Shown in pieces: positions 19,227 to 28,675 of a DNA stretch of 64,000 nt. Source of the stretch: Alphaproteobacteria bacterium. Its GTDB lineage: Bacteria > Pseudomonadota > Alphaproteobacteria > SP197. The DNA is taken from contig OZ245842.1 in the NCBI GenBank assembly GCA_965228895.1, positions 4,640,001 to 4,704,000 of the forward strand. Reading direction: 5' to 3'. Under the pieces are notes generated by a model. That model saw only the letters and a program-made list of their open reading frames with translations, was not told where the DNA came from and ran no database searches. The position numbers were made by a program, and so were the translations under genes. Position 1 is the stretch's first letter. Each line of letters begins with the position of its first letter.

Positions 19227-21956
19227 TCAGGCAGAAGTCGGCGTTGTTCCTGAGAATGCCAGGCGCATCAAACCGTCGGGATCCAGGATCAAGACGATGC
19301 GCCCATCGCCCAACGTCGAAACGCCGCCGATACCTGGGATTGACGCGATACCGGGGTGGCTCTCCTTGACGTAGATGTCTCGGCGGTTGATGACACGATC
19401 GACGCTAACACCAAGCCGCCGCGGCCCCAGCGCCAACACCACGACGCGGTGCTCGCCATTGACAGCGGTCGTCGACGGCACGTTCAGCAGGTCGCCCAGA
19501 CCAACCACCGGCAGCGGCGCTTCCTGTGCGCCGCCAGCGCGTTCGCCCGCCGCATCGGGACTGACGACCTGATGAACGAAACGTTCAGGGATAGCAAACA
19601 CCTGATCACCCTGCTGCACCACAACGGTGGTTTGAATCGCGGCTGAAAGCGGCAGATCCATGATGAACCGCGTGCCTTTGCCTGAGCTTGTTCGAACCCG
19701 TATCGCGCCGCCCAACCGAACGATCGCGCGGTCCACCACGTCCATGCCGACACCACGGCCCGACGTCTCGGTCACCGCTTTGACGGTCGAGAATCCGGGT
19801 GCGAAGATCAGACGGCTGACGTCATCGTCAGCCATGTCGGCGACGGCTTTCTGGCTTGCCAGACCCAGCTCAACGGCACGGGCACGGATCCGGTCCAGGT
19901 CGATTCCCCGCCCATCATCGCTGAGTTCGATAATCACGCGGTCACCTTGTTGCTCCGCCGATAGCGCAATCGTTGCCTGCTCAGGTTTGCCGAGCGCACG
20001 CCGTTCCTCCGGGCGCTCGATGCCGTGATCAACGGCATTGCGGACCATGTGGTTCAGCGGATCCGACAGAACATCGACCATGCCCTTGTCGATCCGCGCA
20101 TCCCGGCTTTCGACGAGCACGCGAACGTCTTTCTCGTGGCGTCGTGCGAGATCGCGTGCGACGCGCGGGAAACGCTGCAGCAGCACGTCGACCGGAACCA
20201 CCCGCAAATCAAGGGCATCACCCTGGAGCAGTTTCAACGTTCGGCCGAGGTCGTCGGTCAAACCGGTCAGCCGGCCGTTCCACTGTTCGAAGCGGTTTAC
20301 GAGATCACCACAATCGATGCCCGCTTCGTCCGCCTGGCGCAGCACGCTGATCAGGGCCGGCATGAGCTCTTTGCTGCCCGTGGCGTGTTCGTAGCCCGCC
20401 TGGATGTGCACGAGATCGCCGATGCGGTTCATGAATGAGTCAAGCGCTTGTCCGGTCACCCGCACCACGTGATCGCCTGGACGCGTATCGGCCTTACGCT
20501 GGCGAGTCTGGCGTTCGCGGCCGTCACAGACATGAAACGCTGTCAACGCATGCGTCGGGTCAATCGACGACAACGCCTCTGCCAATTCGTCCTCTGGCGT
20601 GCGCATGGCGATCAACAAGCGCGTAGCCGGTTGACCATCGACATCGACAATGCGGCTGCCGATAAGCTCGCCATGCTCGGGAACCCATGCAGCCAGCTGA
20701 TCGGCAAATTGCGCATCGCTCTCCAGTTGCGCATCCAACTCCACCAATTGGATCGTCGGATCATCGGCAGCGGTACGAAGGCGGTCAGACGCATCGCCGG
20801 GCAGCAGCGCAAGAAGGTTCATGTCAACGCCAAGCGTCTGCAGCCGATCACCGAGAACCGGATCGACCAAACCGTCTGTCGCGGCGCGCAAGGCCTTGAC
20901 CAGGTCATCGGCCTTCGATGTCGGCAAATCGCCCGGCGGCTCCAGCGCAACGGTGGCGGCGATCGCCTCGGCCGCATCCAACATGAGTTCCTTCAACTCG
21001 TTGCCGATCGCGCCACGACGCAGAATGTCGGCACACAGGCGAGCGACACGCCCACTATGAGTCAGTTCCAGGAGATCGGTATGATCGGCGATGGCCTCCA
21101 TCGCGAGCGCCGGTGCATCGGGGTCGTCATCGCGGGCTTCGCCACTGAACAGGGCGGCGGCCCTGGCACAGAGTTTGCCGGTATCACCCGCGCCACGTTG
21201 TGCGACCATATCCAGCAAGACGTGACGACCGGCATCGCGCCCGGTCAGTTCCTCCAGTGTGGCCAGGCTGACGGCGGTGTCGCGCAACAAGGCAACGCCG
21301 GGTCCATCGCGGTGCACCGCACGGCTCAACCCGCGAACGCGACGGCGGAATCCGTGCAGGCCGAGCTCGCCGGCGACACTATCCAGCTTGACGAGATCGT
21401 CATCGAGCGCGCGCATGGCATCCGGCGACGACGAGGCCATGGCATCGACCAAGGCGGTCATGGTCGCCAGCACGCGATCGGCGAAACTCGCCAGTTCGTC
21501 GTCGGCTGATTCGACAGCTTCTTCGCGGGCCGTTGCCTTTACCTTATCCGGCTCGGGTTCCGTTGCCGTTGCGCCAGCCGCAGGGTTTTGCAGCGCTGCG
21601 ACCAGATCGTCGGGCGCCGGGCCATCGGCACGTTCGGCAACGGCACGCTCCTGCATCGACCGCAACGCATCGAGCGCGCGTACAAGCACGCCAACCAACG
21701 GCGCGGCCAGTACGGCTTTGCCTTCGCGCACGGGCGCCAGCGCCGATTCAGCCGCATGCGCCAAAACTTCCATGCCCGCCATGCCCATCGCCGCGGCGAG
21801 ACCTTTCAGCGAATGAAACGCCCGGAACAATGACGCAATCGTTTCGTCGTCGACCGACGCGGCGTCGAAACCACCCAGCATGGTCTCAAGCGCGTCCAGA
21901 TGCTCCTGGGTTTCGACCTCAAACTGCTGCCATAGCACTTCGGTGATATCGGCCAT
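19227..21956 (-). CDS. cheA: Chemosensory histidine kinase CheA
   Basis: FRAFHSLKG (P1), HMVRNAVDHGIE, DDGRG, IFAPGFST, SGRGVGMDVV, C-terminal CheW-like domain. Confidence 0.93.
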   Translation of the reverse strand: MADITEVLWQQFEVETQEHLDALETMLGGFDAASVDDETIASLFRAFHSLKGLAAAMGMAGMEVLAHAAESALAPVREGKAVLAAPLVGVLVRALDALRSMQERAVAERADGPAPDDLVAALQNPAAGATATEPEPDKVKATAREEAVESADDELASFADRVLATMTALVDAMASSSPDAMRALDDDLVKLDSVAGELGLHGFRRRVRGLSRAVHRDGPGVALLRDTAVSLATLEELTGRDAGRHVLLDMVAQRGAGDTGKLCARAAALFSGEARDDDPDAPALAMEAIADHTDLLELTHSGRVARLCADILRRGAIGNELKELMLDAAEAIAATVALEPPGDLPTSKADDLVKALRAATDGLVDPVLGDRLQTLGVDMNLLALLPGDASDRLRTAADDPTIQLVELDAQLESDAQFADQLAAWVPEHGELIGSRIVDVDGQPATRLLIAMRTPEDELAEALSSIDPTHALTAFHVCDGRERQTRQRKADTRPGDHVVRVTGQALDSFMNRIGDLVHIQAGYEHATGSKELMPALISVLRQADEAGIDCGDLVNRFEQWNGRLTGLTDDLGRTLKLLQGDALDLRVVPVDVLLQRFPRVARDLARRHEKDVRVLVESRDARIDKGMVDVLSDPLNHMVRNAVDHGIERPEERRALGKPEQATIALSAEQQGDRVIIELSDDGRGIDLDRIRARAVELGLASQKAVADMADDDVSRLIFAPGFSTVKAVTETSGRGVGMDVVDRAIVRLGGAIRVRTSSGKGTRFIMDLPLSAAIQTTVVVQQGDQVFAIPERFVHQVVSPDAAGERAGGAQEAPLPVVGLGDLLNVPSTTAVNGEHRVVVLALGPRRLGVSVDRVINRRDIYVKESHPGIASIPGIGGVSTLGDGRIVLILDPDGLMRLAFSGTTPTSA

Positions 21957-21959
21957 GGC

Positions 21960-22364
21960 CTAGGTGAGTCCCAGCGCACGCCGCGCAGCCTTGAGAATGT
22001 CGTGGCCGCGCTTGGAGTCGAGATCCAGACTCAAGGCTCCGGACGGTTTACCGACAACGTCGGCCGCGCCCAAACGCCGCGCCTCGACCGCCTGTGGCGA
22101 TGCGATCTGCGCAATCGACGACACAACGATCACCTTGGCGCGGCTGAACAAAGAAAGCCGTTTCAATGCCTCGATACCATCCATGACCGGCATTTCGATA
22201 TCCAGCAGGATGAGATCGGGATCGAGCTCGCGCGCCTGCTCGATTGCCTCCGCGCCGTTCGCCGCCTGCCCCACCACATCAAAGGTCTCGTCGGCCGAGA
22301 CGAGGTCGGCGAGCACGGCACGCATCATGGTCGAATCGTCGACGATAAGGATAGATTTCGTCAT
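21960..22364 (-). CDS. Stand-alone receiver protein of CheB-REC type
   Basis: IVDDS, LDIEMPVMDG, GAADVVGKPS; ATG at 22364 overlaps the cheB stop; no methylesterase domain. Confidence 0.85.
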   Translation of the reverse strand: MTKSILIVDDSTMMRAVLADLVSADETFDVVGQAANGAEAIEQARELDPDLILLDIEMPVMDGIEALKRLSLFSRAKVIVVSSIAQIASPQAVEARRLGAADVVGKPSGALSLDLDSKRGHDILKAARRALGLT

Positions 22365-23425
22365 GGCGAAACCGCCTCTTCTTGCGCCGCCGACAGGGTG
22401 GACAGCCGACGAATGATACCGCCAATCGTCAACACGTCGCTCGCCGCACCGTTGTCGATCGCCGCGCGCGGCATGCCGTCGACAACACAGCTTTCCGGCG
22501 ACTGCACGAGAACCGGGAGACCTTTGTCCGCGAAAGCGCGCGCACCTTCGGCGCCGTCCTGACCCATCCCGGTCAAGATTACCGCGACCGGATGTTTGGC
22601 ACACGCCAGCGCCGTCTTCAGAACCAGGTCGGCCCACGGGTGTACCGGTTGGTCACCCGGCGTCGCATGCATGATGGCCATGGCGCCGCTGGTGTCGGTG
22701 GAAATCTTACTGTCCGTGCCGCCGGGGAGCACCACGATGGCGCCATCTTGAAGAATCATGCCGCTTTCGGCTTCGACCACCTCACGCCCGCTTCGCGTCG
22801 CAAGGTGCGTGGCGAAGTCATGGGTGAAACCGCTTGGCATGTGCTGCGCTATGACAATCGGTGGGCCACCGGGATCCAGGCCGGTGACGAACTCCGTCAA
22901 GGCCCGAGGTCCGCCGGTCGATGCGGCCACGACGATGAGATCGGGCCGCCTTCGCAACGTGACGGTCGACGGCGCCGAAACCACCTTTTCCTGCGCCGAC
23001 GGCTGCCGGCGGACCGGCGCCTCTTGGCTGACCCAATGACGTACCTTGGCTGCCAGCTCTCTCTGGATCCAGGCCATGTCCAGATCAGCCAGATCGCTTC
23101 CCTTCGCCACGACATCGACCGCGCCCAGATCAAGCGCGCGAATGGTGGCACGCGCGCCATCACGCGTCTCCGTGCTGACCATGATGACGGGACAGAGCTG
23201 GTCAGCCGCGATCGTCTTGAGCGCGGCCATGCCATCCATGCCGGGCATGATGATATCAAGCGTCATGATATCCGGGCGAATGCGGCGCGCCAGATCGATC
23301 GCCTCTTCGCCGTCACGGCCCTCACCAACAACGGAGATGCCGTCGGCCTCCAGCATCTGCCGTATCGCGATGCGCATGAATGCGGAGTCGTCGACAACGA
23401 CGGCGCGGATCGTCTCGCCCGTCAT
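22361..23425 (-). CDS. cheB: Chemotaxis methylesterase CheB
   Basis: REC domain plus ASTGG, QHMP, LTGMGQDGA catalytic triad motifs. Confidence 0.93.
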   Translation of the reverse strand: MTGETIRAVVVDDSAFMRIAIRQMLEADGISVVGEGRDGEEAIDLARRIRPDIMTLDIIMPGMDGMAALKTIAADQLCPVIMVSTETRDGARATIRALDLGAVDVVAKGSDLADLDMAWIQRELAAKVRHWVSQEAPVRRQPSAQEKVVSAPSTVTLRRRPDLIVVAASTGGPRALTEFVTGLDPGGPPIVIAQHMPSGFTHDFATHLATRSGREVVEAESGMILQDGAIVVLPGGTDSKISTDTSGAMAIMHATPGDQPVHPWADLVLKTALACAKHPVAVILTGMGQDGAEGARAFADKGLPVLVQSPESCVVDGMPRAAIDNGAASDVLTIGGIIRRLSTLSAAQEEAVSP

Positions 23426-24744
23426 GCCGCCCGCCCTTCCTGAAGGATACGCCGCGTGTCGACCAAGTGGATGGCGTGCGCCGATCCTGCAATCTGGCCG
23501 GCGACAAAAGGCTGGTCCGAGGTCTCGACCCGCCCCGACCCGACATCATCGATCTGACCCAGGGCATCGCACATGAAGGCGATATCGCCTTCTGGTGTCG
23601 CCATGACCGCTGCCACGCCGCCACGCCTACGCGGTGCCATGTAGACGCGATGAAGGTCGACCGCCGGCAAGGTTTCACCGTGCAGGGCGACAAATCCGTC
23701 GAACTTTGAGAGTTTTCTAGGCAGGGGCGCGAAATCCAGCGGTGTTCCGACGGCGCGTACCAGGTCAGCCGTCAGCCCGTACCACGTTTCGTTGACACGG
23801 ACGGTCAACAGCCGCATGCGATCGCCGGTCGTTGTCTCGCGTTTCTTGGCAAGCGGGAGGGTCGGGCCGCGGCTGCTCTCAACCGGTCGCTCGAACTGCC
23901 GCGCCAGGTTCTGCAGGCCAAGCCGTTCAGCGGTCGATCCGTCATCAAGATGAAGCCGTTCATCGTCACCGTCGACGACATGACGGCACGATTTGATCCC
24001 GTGCACGGCATCGACGGCGAAACCGATTTCCTGGCCAGCGGAAACAACGACCGCGACCGCGGTCGGTTGCGGCGCGTCATCGACACCAAGTTCCTTCGCC
24101 AACGACACGATCATGCAGCCATCGTCGCGTGAGCGCCCCAGCAGCGAAGGCGAACCCTCGACGCGATGAATGACCGTCGGCATGTCGGTTAGTCGTTTAA
24201 CGAGTTGAGGCACAACCGCAAACGTCCGGCCCGCGCATTCGAGGATCAACCTGTCCTCGATTACGGTCATATCGTCATCGCGTCGAGCCTCCGCGATACC
24301 CCAGGCCGGCTCGTTGATCTGTCCGTGGCGCTCGACCTGCGGCTCAAATGTCAGGGCCTCGGCCACAACCACGCGATACGCTTCGCCACGATACCGCACA
24401 TGGCCATCAAACAGGTTCGAGGTAGCCGTTTCCTGCTCGCTTGAACTGGCAACCCTGTGACGCGACACCATTGTCTCGACGGCCGAGACGCTCATCGCCG
24501 TGCCGCCCGCGCCATTGTCGACCAGGATAAGAAGATCGGCGTTGCCGGTCTCGGCTTGCGGGTCGAGACGCCGCGCCAGACTTTGCTGTGGAACGGCCTT
24601 GATGAATGCTGCGGAGACCCCGTCGACATAGTCGGGTGCGAAGGGTAGCGGCGCCACACCGGCCCTCGGCGCGATCCCCAGAACGCAGGACGCTCGCAGG
24701 GCATAACCTTGTCTGGCGTCGCGAAACAAGAGGAACGCCGGCAT
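23422..24744 (-). CDS. cheW: Divergent multi-domain CheW-like protein (probably three CheW repeats)
   Basis: Three CheW-like starts (FLLFRDARQGYAL, LILECAGRTFAV, LLTVRVNETWYGL), GFAVDAV, LHGETLPAVDL; between cheR and cheB. Confidence 0.7.
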   Translation of the reverse strand: MPAFLLFRDARQGYALRASCVLGIAPRAGVAPLPFAPDYVDGVSAAFIKAVPQQSLARRLDPQAETGNADLLILVDNGAGGTAMSVSAVETMVSRHRVASSSEQETATSNLFDGHVRYRGEAYRVVVAEALTFEPQVERHGQINEPAWGIAEARRDDDMTVIEDRLILECAGRTFAVVPQLVKRLTDMPTVIHRVEGSPSLLGRSRDDGCMIVSLAKELGVDDAPQPTAVAVVVSAGQEIGFAVDAVHGIKSCRHVVDGDDERLHLDDGSTAERLGLQNLARQFERPVESSRGPTLPLAKKRETTTGDRMRLLTVRVNETWYGLTADLVRAVGTPLDFAPLPRKLSKFDGFVALHGETLPAVDLHRVYMAPRRRGGVAAVMATPEGDIAFMCDALGQIDDVGSGRVETSDQPFVAGQIAGSAHAIHLVDTRRILQEGRAA

Positions 24745-24750
24745 CCCACG

Positions 24751-25641
24751 TCAATCCAGTTTTCGGTAAATGACGGCGTTATCGGCTTGGCAGCGCTCGT
24801 ATCGCTCGGCATCAGCGATTCGATCGGTGACGCCCAGCAGCAACAAGCCACCTTGCGCCAATGATCGGGTCAACAGGTCCTGTGTATGCGCCTGGCCCTC
24901 GTCTTCGAAGTACATCATGACATTGCGGCACAAGACGATGTCAAAGTCATCGCCGGGCGGGCGGTCACCCATAAGGTTGTGCTGGTGGAACCGAACGAGC
25001 GCGGAGAGTTCAGGGCGCACGCTCTTTCGGTAGGGCTGCGCACCATCAACGTCTGAAAAGTAGACCATGTTTTCAGCTGGCATCTGCCTGAACGAGTCGA
25101 GTCCCGGCCCACCATAGACACCATCCCTGGCCTTCTGGATCATCTGCGTGCTGATGTCGGTACCCAGAATATCAATGGCCCACGCTTTGGAATCCAGGCC
25201 GGCCTGCAAGAAGGCACGCAGCACAAGAATGGCGAGGGTATAGGCTTCTTCGCCGGAAGCGCATCCAGCCGACCAGATGGCCAGGCGGCGGTCACCAGAC
25301 CGATCACGCTCGTCGATCAGCTCGGGCAGGCCACGCACGCTCAGCATGTCGAGCTGCGCGGGATCGCGGAAGAAGAAGGTCTCATGAACAGTGACGCCCT
25401 CGACCAGCGCCAGCCATTCGGGATCGTGGTCCGATCGACTGACCATGCGATCGACCCAGTCGATGGCCTCGTCAGGCGAGAACCGGGCGACGGCCGAGTT
25501 CAGTTTACGCATCAACAGTTCGTCGCGGCGAAAGCCGCAGCGTTCGCGAAGATCAGCAAACAACCGCTCTGCGCACGCCTCCAAACGACCGTCTGGCATC
25601 TGCAGGCCCGGGGTAGCCACGCTTGTCATCATTTCCGGCAC
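24751..25641 (-). CDS. cheR: Chemotaxis methyltransferase CheR
   Basis: ETFFFRD, IWSAGCASGEEAY, GTDIS, CRNVMMYF; start uncertain. Confidence 0.93.
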   Translation of the reverse strand: MPEMMTSVATPGLQMPDGRLEACAERLFADLRERCGFRRDELLMRKLNSAVARFSPDEAIDWVDRMVSRSDHDPEWLALVEGVTVHETFFFRDPAQLDMLSVRGLPELIDERDRSGDRRLAIWSAGCASGEEAYTLAILVLRAFLQAGLDSKAWAIDILGTDISTQMIQKARDGVYGGPGLDSFRQMPAENMVYFSDVDGAQPYRKSVRPELSALVRFHQHNLMGDRPPGDDFDIVLCRNVMMYFEDEGQAHTQDLLTRSLAQGGLLLLGVTDRIADAERYERCQADNAVIYRKLD

Positions 25642-25648
25642 GTTTGCC

Positions 25649-27154
25649 TCAAGTGGTTTTGAATCGGTCGACCTGATCGCGCGAACGTTGGGCGAGTTTC
25701 GAAAGCTCGATCATGGTTGCGGTAATCTCTTCTGCCGCGGTCGCGTTGCCTTGGCCGATCTCGCGCAGCGATCCGACATTGACCTCAATGCGTGCGACTG
25801 CCGCGCGCTGCTCTTCAACGGCGGTCGCAACGGATCTGACCATGGCATCGGACTCAGACACCCGCTCGGCAATCTGGTCCATGGAGTGTCCCATGGTCTC
25901 GGCCGATTCGACGCTGCGCGCGGCATCCGCCTCGGCCTGTTTGGCAAGCGCCAGGATTTCCTGTGCCGATTCCGCGGCATCCTCGGCAAGCTGTCCAACC
26001 TGTTGCGCGACGACCGCGAAACCCTTGCCCTGATCGCCAGCACGCGCGGCCTCGATCGAAGCATTCAGCGACAGCATATGGGTCTCATTGGCGATCCGCG
26101 TGATCGCGTCAGAAATCCTGTTGATGCGTTTGCTATCCTCGGCAATGCCCCGCGATGTCCGCAGCATGGCTTCCATGCGCTGGCCGCCGTCCTCGACCAG
26201 GCGCGCGGCTGCGGCGGCCTGTTGGGAGGCCTCGCGCGTTGTCTGCGCCGCCTCGGTGATCGATAAGCTGGTCTGCTGCATGGCGTCGACAATCTGGTTC
26301 AAGTCGTCGATTTGCGTCTGAGCGCCTTCGGCGACCTGGCCGATGGCGTTGCTGGCCTGGGTCGCGCCACCGGCGACCTGTGTGGTGTTTTGCGACAGTT
26401 CGCGCAAGGCGGCCTGCGTCTGCTCCATCAGCGTGTTGAACGACGCCGATGCCTTGCCGATCTCGTCATCGCGCTCGTAGACATGGCGGCGCGTGAAGTC
26501 GAGCTCGTCGGCGACTTCTTCGAGCAGCCGGCTTAGTTCGCTGACTGGCCTGACGATATGGCTGCGTACCAAAATGCCGGCGAAGACGGTCAGCAGCAGG
26601 ATACTAACCACCGGACCGATGACGATCGGCAGCCTGGCATCCTGCAACAGCATCAACGTCGTTTCACGATCGGCGAAGACCCGTTCGGAAATATCGTCGG
26701 CCAACGTCTTGATCGCGCCCAGCGCATTGTTCAGCTCAACCGACTGCGCCTGGCCGATCTCCTGGGTTTCGGGATTGGCAATATAGTTCCTGAGTTCGTA
26801 GATCGATGTCAAAAGCTCGTTGTGGCCGGCCTGGATCCATTCCTGATCGGTCAAAACTTCCAGGGAGGCGCTGATTTCGGTCGTAAGCGCGGCCATTTCG
26901 CCACGCGCCTGCAACCGTGTCGCGCTATCGACACCCTGCCGCGCGCGCTGTTCCTGAAGCGACAACTCCAAAAGGTCGCCCTTCAGGTCCTGGATCAAAA
27001 TGATGTCTTCAAAGTAATCGTTGGTCAGCCGGTCGATCCTGAGCTCGACCTCGCGCAGTTGGACGATAGCGTTGGTGACCAAAGCCAAAGCCAGCAGCAC
27101 TGCCAAGAAGAGCAACGCGTAGAGCTTGGTACTGATCGACATCGAACGAAACAT
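25649..27154 (-). CDS. Methyl-accepting chemotaxis protein (TM-sensor-TM-HAMP-signalling domain)
   Basis: Two TM helices, HAMP (DEIG), hairpin tip LSLNASIEAARAGDQGKGFAVVA. Confidence 0.92.
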   Translation of the reverse strand: MFRSMSISTKLYALLFLAVLLALALVTNAIVQLREVELRIDRLTNDYFEDIILIQDLKGDLLELSLQEQRARQGVDSATRLQARGEMAALTTEISASLEVLTDQEWIQAGHNELLTSIYELRNYIANPETQEIGQAQSVELNNALGAIKTLADDISERVFADRETTLMLLQDARLPIVIGPVVSILLLTVFAGILVRSHIVRPVSELSRLLEEVADELDFTRRHVYERDDEIGKASASFNTLMEQTQAALRELSQNTTQVAGGATQASNAIGQVAEGAQTQIDDLNQIVDAMQQTSLSITEAAQTTREASQQAAAAARLVEDGGQRMEAMLRTSRGIAEDSKRINRISDAITRIANETHMLSLNASIEAARAGDQGKGFAVVAQQVGQLAEDAAESAQEILALAKQAEADAARSVESAETMGHSMDQIAERVSESDAMVRSVATAVEEQRAAVARIEVNVGSLREIGQGNATAAEEITATMIELSKLAQRSRDQVDRFKTT

Positions 27155-27347
27155 GGCAACCACCCCTTCGTCACGGCACAAGCGCCGTGACCATCCCCCT
27201 GCAGCGGTGTCTTTATCTCATAAGAGCGCGCTATAGTTAAAGCCGACCATAACCCATCGGTTGTGGCGTCAAAGGTCTGCCGCCCAGAAATCGGGCGCTA
27301 TATGATCGCCGTCACATACCCAAACGCCCAGAACGAGGACGTCAACA

Positions 27348-28484
27348 ATGCTGACCAAAAACCAGGTCCGGCAACTATATCGCGAAACCGACAAAGCTCG
27401 GGGCTTGCCGGGATTCGTTTACACGTCGGAAGATTTTGCCCGCGCGGAGTACGATAGGCTCTTTGCGCGCACCTGGATGTGTGCCGGCTATGCCCATGAG
27501 ATACCGCAACCTGGCGATGTATTACCGCGCGCCGTTGCGGGTGTTCCGGTCCTGTTCACCCATGATCGCGACGGCAACATCGGCTGTTTTCACAACATCT
27601 GCACCCACCGCGGCAGTTTGCTGGTCCCTGAAGCAAAAAGCGGCGCCCAGACACTTCAATGCCGCTATCACTCGTGGACCTTTGACCTGGCCGGCAACCT
27701 GCGCGCAACACCCCATTGGGGCGGCTATAACCAACCGAAGGCCGAGGGCTTCGACCGCAGTTGCCACGGACTCAAACCCGTACGCATGGCGCGCTGGCAC
27801 GATTGGCTTTTCGTCAACCTGGACGGCAACGCACCGCCGTTCGAGGAGTATGCCGCGCCGTTCCTGAAACACGTTCAGGAGTACGATCTCGATCAGGCGG
27901 CCTGGACGACCTGCCTTCCGTTCGACATCAACGGCAATTGGAAGCTGGTCGCCGAGAACTATCTAGAGGTGCTCCATCTGCCCTATGTACACACGGTGCT
28001 GGCCGAAGCCGCGCCGTTCCAAGAACACGACGTGATTACAGAGGGCGCCTGTTTGGGCACCGTCATTGACACCGGCCTGCCGGCAAGCTGGTCCGAGGAC
28101 GATCTGCCGCGTTGGCCGGGCATTGATGCGGATGCGCAGAACGCCAAGAACATGGCGTTGTTCCCCAACTTCAAACTGGTGATCGGCCCAGACCACTGCT
28201 GCAGCATGGTCGAGTTCCCTCAGGGCGCTTCGAAGTCACACCAGCGATGGGATTTCTACTTTGTCGGCGACGGCGGTCATGATGACCGATACAAAGTCGC
28301 CCGCGACGCGATCATCGAGTTCTACCGCAAGACCAATGTCGAGGACTTTGGGGCGGTTGAGGGGGTACATGCCGGCCACATGTCGCCCGCCATGACCGGC
28401 GCGCAATTCTCAGGTGTTTGGGAAGGTGCGGTGCACCACTTTCAGAAACTGGTTGCCGATGCCATGGTTGATGATCGGGATTAG
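27348..28484 (+). CDS. Rieske non-heme iron oxygenase alpha subunit (choline/carnitine/betaine oxygenase-like)
   Basis: CTHRG...CRYHSW Rieske motif; NWKLVAENYLEVLHLPYVH mononuclear Fe site. Confidence 0.88.
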   Translation: MLTKNQVRQLYRETDKARGLPGFVYTSEDFARAEYDRLFARTWMCAGYAHEIPQPGDVLPRAVAGVPVLFTHDRDGNIGCFHNICTHRGSLLVPEAKSGAQTLQCRYHSWTFDLAGNLRATPHWGGYNQPKAEGFDRSCHGLKPVRMARWHDWLFVNLDGNAPPFEEYAAPFLKHVQEYDLDQAAWTTCLPFDINGNWKLVAENYLEVLHLPYVHTVLAEAAPFQEHDVITEGACLGTVIDTGLPASWSEDDLPRWPGIDADAQNAKNMALFPNFKLVIGPDHCCSMVEFPQGASKSHQRWDFYFVGDGGHDDRYKVARDAIIEFYRKTNVEDFGAVEGVHAGHMSPAMTGAQFSGVWEGAVHHFQKLVADAMVDDRD

Positions 28485-28510
28485 CGCATCACTTGCTTAC
28501 GCGAGGCGGT

Positions 28511-28581
28511 GCCGGCCCACTCCCCCGCCCGGCCACCCATGGCAGCATCCTCGGGGTGGCCGGGCGGGGGAGACGGCCGGC
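28511..28581. repeat. GC-rich palindromic repeat family A, copy 2
   Basis: Same left arm and ATGGCAGCATCCTCG loop as 9787-9855; right arm has a 2-nt mismatch (GAGAC vs GAGTG). Confidence 0.9.
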
Positions 28582-28675
28582 GATGCCAACGAAACAGTGA
28601 ATACTCTAGCCACCGTCGACAAGCGCGCGCCGCAATGCTAGAGCCGAAGAAACACACAACCGAGGGACCGACGCC

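Noticed and set aside
27235-27255. Possible CtrA box upstream of the MCP operon (GTTAAAGCCGACCATAACC)
   Set aside because: Spacing and second half-site do not fit TTAA-N7-TTAA
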